DNA from: Fonticula alba ATCC 38817
Taxonomy: Eukaryota > Protista > Nucleariida
Assembly: GCA_000388065.2 (NCBI GenBank)
Contig: KB932202.1
Direction: 5' to 3' (one strand)
Length of the DNA stretch: 64,000 bases
Shown: positions 28,098 to 41,000 of the stretch, piece after piece
Position numbering within the stretch: the stretch's first letter is position 1
Layout of the letters: every line of letters begins with the position of its first letter
Position numbers and translations under genes: made by a program
The notes under the pieces: model-generated
Told to the model about the DNA's origin: nothing
Seen by the model: only the letters and a program-made list of their open reading frames with translations
The model's database searches: none

Positions 28098-29330
28098 TCA
28101 TCGCTTGAAGAGGTCGCTAATATCACGCCGGAGCTGCGAGTGGACCAGGCGATCGATCGACACCGAGGCGGCGATCGAGGCGGCACTCTCGCCAGCCCCG
28201 GGCCCCGGCGGCAGGAGCCCCGAGCCGGTCTCGGACTTGTCGTGCTCGCCGGAGCATGGGGGGGAGGTGGGATCGGTCTCGGCCCGGGTGCTGCTGCCCT
28301 CGTCCTCGGCCTGGTGGGCGGCGGCCTCGGCGCCGGTGCCCAGTCCTGCCCGACTGCCAGCTGCTCGGGCCCCGATGACAAGTTGCTCGAAGGGGACGGG
28401 CCCAGCGGCGGCGGCGGCCGCAGACCCACCGGGTCTTGTGGCGGATGCCGGTGCTGGGCCGCCCTCCTCCGGGGAGGAGCCGGCCGTGCTGGGGATGGGC
28501 AATTCCGGACAAGAATGCGCCCGCTCGGTGGCCGGGCTCCAGCCACTGCGCAGCAGCAGGGCATACCCCCGGTTGGATGGGTCGAGAGGCGGGGCCCGGA
28601 GGAGACGAGCCACGGGCGGGGCCACTGCCGGGCGCCGAGACGACGGGGCATCCGGCCGCCGGATCGGCACTCCCACCAAGCATGCTGGCAGGGCTGGCCG
28701 GGCCCCTCGCGGCAGGGGGGAGGGGAACCCGGCAAAGCGGCGCTCGCCAACCGGCGCCAAGTCCTCCGGTGCCGGGTCAAGCGCCGGGCCCGGCTCAATT
28801 GTCATGAGATCACCCTCGGCAGCCGGCTCAAAGCCCACCGGGGTTGGTGGCCCCCCGATGGCGGGGACCCGATCTAGGATGGTGATCTCTCGTGACAAGA
28901 GACTCTGCAGCCGATGCGATGAGCCGGCCGCCGAGGGTGAAGTGCCATGCCTTGGGGCCTTGCGGGCCAGGAGAGCCGGTGAAGAGTGCGAGCGCTCGAC
29001 CTCCAGCCGGGCCCGCCGGGTGGACGTGCCAGGCACACAGACAATTGACCGGTAAATGTCGGCCGAGGAGGACGATCGAGAGGGACCGGCCGGCGGCGGG
29101 GGCGACGTGCGCTCCGGCACCATGGCGGCCGCGCCAATCCGGCTGGCGACCGGGGCCTCGGTCGGGCTCCAAGTCCGGGTGGGGGAGCCCTGACGCAGTC
29201 GGGCGATTCGCGGCTCCGGCGAGAGGGTGCGCTCGACAGTCGATGCGAAGTTGGCAAACGGGCCGGCGGAAGGGGGGGACGCCGGACAGACAGCTGGCCG
29301 AGAGGCGGGCGAGCCGCCATCAGGGGACAT
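28098..29330 (-). CDS. Hypothetical Ser/Pro/Ala/Arg-rich disordered protein (about 410 aa)
   Basis: An uninterrupted ORF between two housekeeping genes. A putative upstream intron (GTGCGT donor near 29680, CAG acceptor near 29449) suggests a spliced 5' UTR. No recognisable domain. Confidence 0.5.
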   Translation of the reverse strand: MSPDGGSPASRPAVCPASPPSAGPFANFASTVERTLSPEPRIARLRQGSPTRTWSPTEAPVASRIGAAAMVPERTSPPPPAGPSRSSSSADIYRSIVCVPGTSTRRARLEVERSHSSPALLARKAPRHGTSPSAAGSSHRLQSLLSREITILDRVPAIGGPPTPVGFEPAAEGDLMTIEPGPALDPAPEDLAPVGERRFAGFPSPLPRGARPALPACLVGVPIRRPDAPSSRRPAVAPPVARLLRAPPLDPSNRGYALLLRSGWSPATERAHSCPELPIPSTAGSSPEEGGPAPASATRPGGSAAAAAAGPVPFEQLVIGARAAGSRAGLGTGAEAAAHQAEDEGSSTRAETDPTSPPCSGEHDKSETGSGLLPPGPGAGESAASIAASVSIDRLVHSQLRRDISDLFKR

Positions 29331-29881
29331 GGAGGCAGGGGACAGGGCAACAGCAGCCGGGGCCTCTTCAAACGGCCATTTCCTTCGGGCGGCAATCGGG
29401 AGGGGGGGTGAATGGAACGACCAGGATGCCAAGCCAGATGCGCGAAGCTGACGGCACAGAGAAAGGGGCAAGGAGGGGACGCGTCGGGGGGGGGGGGGGG
29501 GGGGGGGGGGGGAGCAGGAAGAAGAGCGCATTTCTTGGGCGCTCAGGGGGGGGGCCAGTTGGATCCTGGGGTGGCCGAAAAGTATGCTTCAACATTACGC
29601 GCCTGGGGCCCCACCACACGATCGAGAAGGCGGACATGGGGGAGAAAAAAAGAAAAAAAAAAGACCAGTCGTGGCCCCGCCACGCACAAAAGCGGGCGGA
29701 TGGTCAAAGACATTCGTAGGGGATCTGGAGTTGTAGGATATCGTTCTGATATTGTGGCTTGCGCCAGGTATACATCTAAACACCGCCGTGATGGCGGTGG
29801 GAATAATGGGGGCGGGGGGGGAAGAGGGGGACGGCGGCCGGCAGGGCGCCGGGGAGATCGGGCGCGGCGAAAGGAGGACCC

Positions 29882-30253
29882 TCACTTCGGCGGGAGGCCG
29901 CGATAGGCGCGGTCGATAGTGGCAACCTGGTCGACGAGCTCGGCCCATTGGGCGGCGTTCAGCATAATGCCTGGGACACGAGGAGAAAGGGGGAAGTGGG
30001 TGAGAAGGGGAAGGGGTCTGTGGCAGGAGTCGCAAGGAGGGGAGCGGTGTGGGGGGGGGCGGGGGAGGGAGGCAGGGAGGCAGGGACGCGTACCCTTCTT
30101 GGTCGGCAGAACTTGGCCGTTCGGGGCGTTGTAGTACTCGCGGATGTTGACATACTTGACACCACGGAAGGACGACAGCGTCACATGCTTAAAGTCGGAG
30201 AGCTGGGAGGCCGGCGAAAGGGGACGAGATCAGTGGTTGGCGAACTTTGAGAA

Positions 30254-30292
<39 letters not shown>

Positions 30293-30893
30293 CGAGACAG
30301 CGGGTGCATGCTCCGCGCACCTTGAAGCAAATCTCGCCGGCGGAGTTCTCCGGGTAGCCGGACTTGGAGACAGCCTTCTTGGGGGCAGGCGCCTCCGGCT
30401 CGGCGTCCGAGGCATCGGAATCGCTGTCGGCGCTCCGGCGCTTGGCGGCCTTGGCCTTCTTGCGGCGCTTGCGCTCGGACTCGCTGTCAGAGTCGGAGTC
30501 AGAGGCGCCAGAGGAGTCGGAATCGCTGTCCGCGCGGCTGCGCTTCGAGCTCTTTGTCGAGCTCTTGCTCGGGGTGGACTTGTCCTTCTTCGGCTGCGGG
30601 AGGGTCGAGGACCCATGGCTGGGGGTTAGGGACGCCGGGGTCGGAGAGGGCCGGCTTCCAGGCCATGGGCAGGCGGGGAGAGGGGCAGATCGCCACGCAC
30701 CTTGGTGACAACGACGGTGTTCTGTCCGGTTGACCGATGCAGCGCGACGCGAGCAGGGCCAGGAGTTGGTGAGAGCAAGTTAGCGGCGCTGGTGTCAATG
30801 CAGGAAGATGGGCACAGAATGCTGGCTGCCCACCTGGTCATCGCTGTCAGAGGACAGATCGTCCATGGTCAGCTGCTTCTTCTTGGAAGACAT
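29882..30893 (-). CDS. SUB1: Transcriptional coactivator PC4/Sub1 (ssDNA-binding), 5 exons
   Basis: A Ser/Asp- and Lys-rich N-terminus followed by the PC4 domain FKLSDFKHVTLSSFRGVKYVNIREYY...LPTKKGIMLNAAQWAEL. There is a 21-nt microexon at 30701-30721. Confidence 0.92.
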
Positions 30894-31202
30894 CGGAAAC
30901 GCGAGGCAGGGAGGGGGGAGGGGGAGGGCGAGCGGGGCTTGCGATGAAGCAGGAGGACGGNNNNNNNNNNNNNNNNNNNNNNNNNNNNNNNNNNNNNNNN
31001 NNNNNNNNNNNNNNNNNNNNNNNNNNNNNNNNNNNNNNNNNNNNNNNNNNNNNNNNNNNNNNNNNNNNNNNNNNNNNNNNNNNNNNNNNNNNNNNNNNNN
31101 NNNNNNNNNNCCCGCCTGCCTCCCCCCCACGACTGCCTCCGCCTCCCCTCCCGTCTTGCCTTCTTGCTCCTCGCCACCCCCCTCCCCCTGGCGATGCTCC
31201 AG
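30894..31202. promoter_or_regulatory. Probable bidirectional promoter between SUB1 (-) and AP5B1 (+)
   Basis: The head-to-head genes are about 300 bp apart, and half of that interval is an N gap. Inferred from gene geometry only. Confidence 0.4.
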
Positions 31203-34200
31203 ATGCACCCGTCCGGTGGGTCGCCGGTCCTCTCGCAGGCCCCGCCACATGGCGCAATGCCCCTCAACATCAAGGGGATCTTCGAGCCGACCGGGCTCTT
31301 CCACGCGTTCCACCCGCTGCCGGCCCTGCAGCAAGTCCGCCCGGTGGACCGAGACAGATACTTCTCCGAGTGCTTGGGGTACCTGTCTCAAGAGATGATC
31401 AACTCGCGCACTCCCAGCCGCGAGCTGTCCAACGTGGCCGAATGCTACTGCATTGTCATGGTCCAGATCCAGGAGTGGGCCCCCTTTGTGTCCTTTTCGT
31501 CGCTGTGCGTCCTCCTGTGATGGTGGAGCGACTCCTCCTCCTCCTCCTCCTCCTCCTCCTCCTCTTCCTCCTTTTCCGCCCTTTCGCCTGCCCTCCCCTC
31601 CTACGTACACACACACACATACCACCATGCATCGAGTGCTGAGCATCCCCCCCCCCTGCAGGTTTGACGGTCTCATTGGCTGCCTGCTGAAGTTCCTCCC
31701 CGCCCCGCGGCAGCTCGAGGGCCTGGCGCACTCGGCCATGCTGTCGGTGGCCGCGCAGGCGATGCTCACCTTGACGTCGCTTTTCTCCTTCGTTCGGGAC
31801 CCGGCCGCTCCTCTCGCCCTGGGCCAAGTGATGTTTCCCTTGCAGCCGGGTGAGTGCCTCGCCGCGCGCCGGCATGAGTCCCTCTTCCAGCGCCTGCTGG
31901 CAACCTTGTTGGCGTACTGTACCCTGCCGCTGCCGGATTCCATAGCCTGGTTCCATCAAACCGTTCGTTCGCACAGGGGGCCCTTCTCTCCTTTTCCCTT
32001 CTTTTGTCCTTCTCTCCATGAGACCTCCTGCTCTCGGCTTCTTTTCCCCTGCCCCCCCCCCCCCCCCCTCCGATAGACACACGCCCACATGCACATCCTG
32101 ACCATCCCGCGGGCCACTGGGCACTGACCAACGCTTTCCCCCCCCCCTCTCTCTCTCTCTCTCGGGGCTCTCCCCTTAGGCGGTCTCCTGCTTGACCGAG
32201 CTGGAGCGTATCATGCCCTGCCTGCTTTCAATCCATGCCATTCCCCTCCGGGATTCGCTGGCCCGCTTGTCGACTGCCGGTGCCTCTTCCCTTGTGGCGG
32301 TTCTGGCGCTGCTGATGATGGACATCTCCCGCAATGCGCTTCTCATCATGGTATGTCCCCACATGGGCTTGACCGGACATGCTCCATCCCGCACGCGGGC
32401 TTTCCCCCGGCTTGGCGACCCACTGGCCTTCGTTCTCTGACACGCCTCCACAGTCGCCGACCCTGCCCGATCGGCCGCTCGAGCAGCCAGCCGCCCGGGA
32501 AAAGACGGGCGGCTTCTTCGGCCTGGGGCTGCCATCGCCGCCCTCGCGCGACACCTCGGCACACCGCGCCGCCCAGCCGCCCACCGACCAGAAGAACTTC
32601 CAGAACTTCATGCTGTCCGTGCGTTTGCCAGCTTGCTGGGGCTCCGCCCCCTGCGGCAGAGGCCCCCCTTGCTGACTGCTCCCCATGCGCCCGCCTGTGC
32701 AACTCCCTCGGTCAGGTCTATCGCGCGGGCCAGACTCGCGCCATCGAGGCCTGCCCGACTTTTGCCCCGGCCCTGTTGCTGGCCTTGATCACGGACTTCT
32801 TTGCATCCGACGCGCTGGCCCCCTTCACCCCGACGCGGGTGCGCCCCCTGCCCCTGGCCCGGGACTTGAACAGCCTGGCATATCGCCTATCGACGCACTT
32901 TGATCCGTGCCTGCTGCAGGCGCACCTGCTGCTGAGCGAGCTGCTCTACTCCTTCACGGCACAGGGGGCCGCCGGAGCTGGCCGAGCGCCATCCACAGCC
33001 ACGCTATCCTACGAGGCGGAAGACCAGCTGGAGGAGGCCATGAGCTCGCTGGCCCTGCGCATTTGCCTGTTCGCCAACATTCCCTGGATGTGCGCACCCC
33101 CTGATGCCTTTTGCCACCAGCGGGGGCCGCAGGGCGGGAGGCGAAGCCCCTCCCTCTCTCCCTCCCCCGCCTCCCCCCCCCCCCTTTCGCCCCCAGCTTG
33201 CGCGACTCTGCCCCCATGCTGACACGCGTGCCCACCAGCTCAATCCCCGCGCGGGTGCTTACTCTTTCGTGGTTGGAGCAACTTTTCCGGCGCCAACTCT
33301 CCCGGTCTCGGAGTTTGGAGCTCCTGGCCACCATCGGCCTGCCGCGGGCACTGCCCTTCCTGCTTCCCACCTCGGTCGATCCGGTTGGCATCCGCGCGGC
33401 CAAGCTGCGCGTGCTGCTGTATGCCTTTGACAAGGCCTGTCGGCTGGGGCGTCTGCCTGAGTCCGGCCCGGCCGATGGGGGGGTCGTCCCCCTGGCGGGC
33501 GACTCGGAGGCCGACAACCAGTGGAAGCTCCCCCTCGCGTCGAATCTCCTGCGGCTGCTGGAGTGCCTGGACAGGGACCTGCAGCGTGAGGCGCTGGCTG
33601 GTGCGGTGGCCGGGTCCCGGGCCGAGGCCACGACCTTCCTGCGCCCGGCCATGGTGGCCCTCTTCGACACGCTGGAGCTGGTGGTCCGGCACTTCCCGGA
33701 CTTTGTGCCGACATTCAGCATGTGCGCAATGCTCCCGCCCCGGGTGGCGGCCTGGTCTGCGCCTGCCTTTTGCGCCGAGACGCCTGTGTCTCCCCGGCTT
33801 TGCCCCTCGCTCCGCCGATCCGCCCCGCCACCCCACCCCAATCACCTGTCCCTGCTCTACTTTGTCTCACACCCATGCACATGCTCGCCACTTCCCCCCC
33901 CCCCCCCCCTTCCGCGAGCAGATACACCGTGGCTCGGATGATTCGACTCCCGTCGCTGACGCGCGGCGTGCTGGACTTCATTCGGCGCATCTCAGCCGGC
34001 GACGGTCCAGCCGATGCCGGGGCCCGGCGCTTCCGCCAGACCCTCCTCAGCCAGTTTGTGGCCTGCCTCCGGTCGGGCTCGCTGCGCATGCAGGTTGAGT
34101 ACATTCCCCTGTGCACTCTTTCGCTGTCAGATCGGTTCACCGACCCGGCGGTGCGTCCTCGGCCGGCCCCTTTCGCCACCGCCCTCTCCCCGTGGTCTGG

Positions 34201-35779
34201 GGCCACCTTTGGCGCTTCGTGTTGACATTTCCCCGCTCCCTCCGTGCCCTCGCTCCCCGTGTAGCCGGTGATCCTCTCGCTCATTGGCGCCCTCCGGCTC
34301 CAAAGCAGCCAGTGGTGGCGCAGCCAGGCCGGAGCCGATGGCCTGCTGCAGCTGGCTCGGGCGGCCATCATCACCCATGCGACCCCGGTGCCCCTGGAAG
34401 CCCATCTCCCGGCGCACCAGCTCCAGGCACAGGCCGAGGCCTCGGCCGAGGCCGGGGCTCGGCGCATTCGCGGCCCGCTGGCGGCTCTGCTGTCTCTGCT
34501 CGCGCGGGGACATCCCTGCGCTGCGGCCCGGGCCGACGCGCGCTTCTTGCACACGCTGCTGGCCCGGCTCTCGGCCGATCGCCTGTACTCGGTTCTCTCG
34601 CCTCTGGTGTCCAACCTGACCGGCAGCGCGCAGGAGACCAGCCAGTCCGCCCTCATGACGGCCAATGACATTGCCTTGCTGCTTCCCCCGACGCGCGATG
34701 ACACCCCGGAAGACAGCAACATCGTGATTGAGACCGATGTCCCGGTGCTGGCCCTGCGCCGGGTGGTCTGTGCCGCCGGGAGTCCCGCGGCAGGCCCCGG
34801 GGCCTGGGCGGGGCTGCTCTTCGAAGACCGGTCTGGTGCTGACTCCGGCACTCCGGCGGTGCTGGACTATCTTCGGTCGATCAATGGCCCGGGCCGGCGC
34901 TCGGTTTCCCTCACACTCGAAGTGCAGATGCAAGGTGCGTGCCTTCGGAATCGGATCCATATCGGCTCCTTTCTCCCTTCCCCCTCCCCGCCCCTCGCCT
35001 CTGATCGATGTGCTTGCTCACATGGATCTCTTCGGGCATTTGCCCCTGCCCCTGCCCCCTCTGATCCGGGCGCCCCCAGCCAACGCTTTGGCCCTGGCCT
35101 TGGCCAAGTTCTCCGACCCGGAGGCCACCACGGAGGAGCTCCAGGCGACCGAGTCGCTGGCGCCGATGGGCAAGCTTTTTGCCGCGCGCATCGGCCTGTC
35201 GCAGGCCCACACGAACATTTCTCATATTGGCGGCGATGCCCGCCCCACCGGCCGTGTCCAGGCCCAGCCGGCCATCCTGCATCAGCCCGTCGAGCTGGAG
35301 CTGCCATACTTGGAGGAGACACGACACACGGCCGAGGCGTCGCCCTACTCGACATGTGCGCGCACCGAGCTCCCTTTCGCTCCTTCTTCCTCCTCCCTGC
35401 CTCCCGTCCCCCCTCTACCTCCACATGTCTGACCGGCTGCCCTGCCGACAGCCACGTACGCCCGAGTGTCCCTGCCGATCTCGGCCCCGAGCCCCTTCAG
35501 TCTTGCCGCCTGCATCTTGTCCTCGAGCACGGTTGACGGCCGCACCCTCCTCGGACCGGTGACCATTTTGCCGACCCTCTTCGACGCGACCCCCGGCACC
35601 GGGTCGACGATGCTGGCCGCCGGGTCGCCGGATGCCGATCGCATGGACACCGCCGCTTCGCTGGAGCTCCACTTTGAGGACCTCTGTCGCCCGCTGGGCT
35701 TCGAGGTGCGTCCGCCAAAAGCGACCCTGTCCGGGCCCCTCACATTTCAGGCTATGAGCTTTCGCTCTCTGACTCCCCC

Positions 35780-35818
<39 letters not shown>

Positions 35819-36450
35819 CTCGTTTTCTGCTTGGCCGCCCACTCCCACTCGTCTCTTGCCAGCCCTCCGCCCTGGCGCCGATCTTCGACCATCTATGGCA
35901 CTGGCTTGGCAGCCTGCTGCTGAGCGATCTGGACGCCTCGCGCTCCTTTGAGGCCGGCCCCTCCAGCCAATGCTCCTTCTCGGCCATCAGCGACAGGTAC
36001 GCACCTTCACCCCGCCCCCCCTCCCCCCTCCTCGTCTCCTTCTCTCGCTCTTTCGGCCTCCCCTCGCTCGGCACACTCATCAAGACGGAACTCCCTCCTT
36101 CCACCCTACCCTCCTGTAGCCACCCTGGCATCGAGCCGTATGAAGCCATCGTGCGCGTGTCGCAGAAGAACTTGCCCATGCTGCTGCGCTTCCTCAGCCC
36201 GTATGCCGTCCCGCGGGAGACCCACGGGTCGGAACCCGCCGGCGGGGCCGCCACCAGCGACTACCTGGTGGCCCTCCCTCCGCGCTACCACCTCCTGCTG
36301 CGAGTGGACACCCCGGCGAAGGCTGACTCCGGCAATCTGCTGGCCGTGGCGCCGCCACTTCCCCAGGCGGCCGGCGACCGGCTGGCTGTTCGTGTGCGCA
36401 CTGACCATCCGGCCATCCTGGTGCATGCCACCAGCTTTTTGAAGCGCTAG
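31203..36450 (+). CDS. AP5B1: AP-5 adaptor complex beta subunit (multi-exon; first exon probably in the gap at 30961-31110)
   Basis: An alpha-solenoid-like, Leu-rich body containing FLLPTSVDPVGIRAAKL and ARADARF. The C-terminus LPPRYHLLLRV...VRVRTDHPAILVHATSFLKR matches the AP5B1 signature as I recall it (LPPxxHLL...xRTDxWxxLxxxxxYL). Confidence 0.78.
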
Positions 36451-38007
36451 AGAGGGCGCCGTGTGTGGGTGCAGTTTCCCGAGCCCCGGATGGGCGCCCT
36501 TGCCTCCCTTGGCCCCCCCCCCCCCCTCCCCCGGTCTCCCGTCCTCCCGCTCCCTGTTTCTCTCCCCGTGCCTCTTCTGTTCCTCGCGCCTGAAAAAAAA
36601 ATACACAATCCCCAGCCGGGAATCCCCGCCCCCGGGTGGTCGCGCGCCGGCGTAGCCCACAAGCCTGTGCTGCCTTTGCAGCACCGAGATGCTCTCCATT
36701 CTTGGCCGAGGGAGCGCCAACCGCGCCATTTCCCCGACAAAAATGGCCAGGCCCTTAGGTTGGCGAAAATTCCGGCTTCTGCCGAAATGGCCCTCAGGAG
36801 GAGCGTCCCTGTGCGTGGTTCGACCCTGCCCTGGTGGCCCTGGGGGCCCGGCCAGTGTAGAATGCCCAATATAAATGCGGGTCTTTCGGCTGCCGGAGCT
36901 GGCCTGGCAGAGTAGGAGGGAGTGCCCGCGCCCCGACGTTCGCGCCAGTCTTTGCTGCCAGTGCACTCGTCCTCTCCCCCCCCGCCCTGCTGGGTGGGAG
37001 TGCAGATATTTCCGCATAACATTCCTCCCCATTGTGGACTTCAGCCTGTATTCCGTGTGATGCGGGCGGGTCACTCGCGCGGTGGAGCGCCCGGGCGGGG
37101 CGGGGGGGGGGGGGGGCGTGGGCGCGCGACGGGGCCAAGGAGCCTCGGCCCGTGGGCGCGCGCCCCACGCATTCGCCTGGGAGCCTATCTCGGGGGCCGG
37201 GAAGGGTTCTCCTCCGGCAAGTCGAGCGTCTGGACAGAGCAGATCTTCTTGCGAGGTGCTGATGGGGTATCCTACGGTGAACGCCGGGTGGCGGGGGGGG
37301 GGGGGGCCAGAAACGGGGGCCTGTCTCGCTCCGACCTCCGCCCCCCGCCCCCACCCCCCGGGGGCGGGGAGGCCATGGCCGGTGGGGCACGTCCCTGCCC
37401 GCCGGGAGCGGGGTGCCCAGGGCCTATCTCCCGCCCACGAAAGAAGGGCTGCCCCGGGGAATACACGCCAGCTTGGCGGCCTCTTCACGAACCGGCGCGC
37501 GCGCGCGCGGGTGTGAATGTGCCGCGGAGCGCCCCCCGAGCGTGCTTCAGGGGGGGGTCGAAGCCGTTCAATGGCCGCCCTTTTTCACTTTGGCAGCTCG
37601 GGATAAAAGGGGAATACCAGCGACCGGGCGCGTGTGTCTGGCCTGGGGGCCGTCGTGCAAAATGGCCCCCGCCCCGCACAAGGGATATCTTTTGTCCGAG
37701 GCCCCGGCGTCTTTCGGAGAGCGACGAGCGGGGGGGGCTAGGGATCTTGCGCCCGGGGCCCCCCGGTGCGGGGCGATGTTTGGCCCAGCGGTCACCCAAC
37801 AGGGGGGGTGTGGGGGCGGGGCACGCGCCGAAAACGCTCGGAGATTTCTTTTCAGGCTGCTCCCTGCAGGCATGTCGGCGGACGGGCAGGCACCCTCTCT
37901 CAAACCTCCCCCCTTATTCCCCCCCTCCTCCCCCCCCCCGTTTTCCCACCGCCTCACCTTCATCTCCGTTTCCTCCCCTTCAGGTCCCCCACCTTCCCAG
38001 AGTCACG

Positions 38008-41000
38008 ATGCTGAAGCGCATGAGATCGCGCGTCGTCAAAGGCGGGACCCCCGCCGGCGGCGAGGAGGAGGAAGGCAATACCTTCAACTTTGAGTATAAG
38101 GTTGTCGTGCACTCGGCCGACATCGTGGTCGCCGACAAGAATTGGTAGGCTCTCCCCCCCCGTGACCGTCCCTCCNNNNNNNNNNNNNNNNNNNNNNNNN
38201 NNNNNNNNNNNNNNNNNNNNNNNNNNNNNNNNNNNNNNNNNNNNNNNNNNNNNNNNNNNNNNNNNNNNNNNNNNNNNNNNNNNNNNNNNNNNNNNNNNNN
38301 NNNNNNNNNNNNNNNNNNNNNNNNNNNNNNNNNNNNNNNNNNNNNNNNNNNNNNNNNNNNNNNNNNNNNNNNNNNNNNNNNNNNNNNNNNNNNNNNNNNN
38401 NNNNNNNNNNNNNNNNNNNNNNNNNNNNNNNNNNNNNNNNNNNNNNNNNNNNNNNNNNNNNNNNNNNNNNNNNNNNNNNNNNNNNNNNNNNNNNNNNNNN
38501 NNNNNNNNNNNNNNNNNNNNNNNNNNNNNNNNNNNNNNNNNNNNNNNNNNNNNNNNNNNNNNNNNNNNNNNNNNNNNNNNNNNNNNNNNNNNNNNNNNNN
38601 NNNNNNNNNNNNNNNNNNNNNCCCCCCCCCGCTTCCCCTCGCCGGCCATTGTTCCCCCCACCCAAAGGGTCCCTGAGAAGCTGGTGGTCGAGTGGAAACG
38701 TCACCAGCGTATCGCCGCCACGTCCGGCGTCTCAGCCCCGAAGTTGGCCCGGTCGAACCTCCCCCACTCGATCGACATGGCCGACGAGCCGCTGGTCATG
38801 CTGGTCCGGCTGAACAAGCTGGACCCCGCCGGCGAGACGACCGTCTCCCGGACGGCCTCCTCTCCCAGTGGCGGCGCCTTCCAGCCGAAGGACTACAAGT
38901 TCTCGCTGGACGACGTGCGCAGCGTCCGCGGCAAGGGCAAGAAGACCCTCGGCAGCGCCACCCTCGACCTGTCGCCCTTCGCCAGCATCGACGGGTCCAC
39001 CACGCACGAACACACCATCACCCTGCAGTCGCAGTCGTCCAAGATCAAGTCCGGCACCATTCGCGTCAGCATCAGCAGCCAGTTCATCGGCCGCGGTAAC
39101 CACGACGACTACGAGCCCAGCATTGCCAGTGCCTTCAGCTTCCGCACGGTCGATGCCCGAGCCCTGGACAGCAGTGATGAGGAGGACGACGACGATGATG
39201 ACGGCCCGAGCCTCGCCGACACGCCCATCACCATCGAGCAAGAGTGCGCCCCCCNNNNNNNNNNNNNNNNNNNNNNNNNNNNNNNNNNNNNNNNNNNNNN
39301 NNNNNNNNNNNNNNNNNNNNNNNNNNNNNNNNNNNNNNNNNNNNNNNNNNNNNNNNNNNNNNNNNNNNNNNNNNNNCCCCCCCCCCGATGACATCCCGGC
39401 TTGTGCGCCAACCCCGCGGGCCTTTCATGTGTGCCCTTGTGCTGACCGAACACACTCTCCCTCCCACTGCCCCTCCCTCGACGCCTGCCCCTGTAGCATT
39501 CGCTCGCGATTCCATCCGATCGCCAAGCCAGCCTACTCCGGCGGCGTGTCGACCGATTCCCTGCCTAGCAGCACTCCGCTGGACTCCTCCCCCGGGGACC
39601 TTCATTCGGCCGGGAGCTCTGCCCTCGGCATGTCCCCGGAGCCGGCCAGCAGCAACCCCTTCGAGTCGGATCCGGGCCCCGCGTCGGCGGCCGGCCGCTC
39701 GGGCCCCCCCTCCGGCCTGACCCGGGCCCCGGCGATGGCCCCCGGCGAAGAGCCCTCGGTGGCGCACATGCACGCCATTAACACCCCCTCCCCGGGGTTC
39801 GAGCCGCTGCCGGCGGACTTTTCCTCGTCCGTGCCGGACCAGCCGAAGATCCGCGTGTCGGCGCCGACGACGGTGCCCATTGGCGGCGCCGGATCGCCGG
39901 AACTCGAGGCGCAAATCCGCGAACTCCGCGAGCAGCTGAGCAATGTCATGCGCGAGCGCGACGAGGTCATCGAGGACTCGCAGCTGCTGGAGCAGCAGCT
40001 GTCTCGCCTGCGCGAGCGCCTGGCCGCCGAGTCGGCCCAAGCGCGCTCCGCCATCCCGGAGCTCAACAAGGAGATCGAGCGCCTGCGCGAGAAGAATGGC
40101 GCCCTGCAGGAGGAAATCGCCCGGGCGGCCGCGACGCCGGCCCTGTCGCGCTCATCGGACAGCCTGGGCAACGCACAGGCCGCGGCCGCGGCCGCCTCGG
40201 CCCTGAGCTTGGTCGAGCAGAAGTCCGGGGAGATTGAGCAGCTCCGCCAGCAGCTGGCCGAGAAGAATGCCGAAATCAGCCGGCTGATGGACGCCACCCA
40301 GGAGCGGGACAGCGAAATCGAGCAGATGTCCGACGAGCTGGCCGAGAAGACTCGCGCCCTGAAGGCGGCCCAGCAGAAGCTCCAGGAGAATGAGCGCGCC
40401 ACCCGGGGCCTGGAGAAGGACGTGGAGGATGCCCGCCGGCAGGCGGACGATCTGCGCCGGAACTTCGACCAGCACAAGCTCCGGTCCAAGGCCGACCAGG
40501 ATACCGCGCAAACGGCCCTGGCGGCGCAGCTGCAGGCCGCACAGACGGCCCGGCATGATGCCGAGCGCCGGGCCCAGGCCCTCGAGGAGGATCTCGAGCG
40601 GTCGGAGCGCGAGGCCGACGAGCAGCTGGCCCAGTTTGAGCAGCGCATTTCCAAGCTCCGGGCCAAGCATCACGACGAGGTGAATGCCCTGCAGGAGGAG
40701 CTGGACCGGGTGACCGCGCGCATGCTCCATGCCGAGGAGCAGGCCGCGTCGGCCAGCTCGGCCCTCGGCCTGGCCGATAACCAGGCGGCCCAGGCCGCGG
40801 CTCGGGCCCTGGCGGAGTCCGAAAACATGGAGAGCGCCCGGTCGGCGGCCGAGGCGGCTGCCACCACGGCGCAGCAGGCTCGCGCCGATGCCGAAGCCGC
40901 GGCCCGTGCCACCACCGAGGCCCGGACCGAGGTGGCCATCCTGCAGCGTGAGCTCCGCGAGGCGGTGCGCGCCCGTGACCAGGCCATCGAGGACCTGGAG

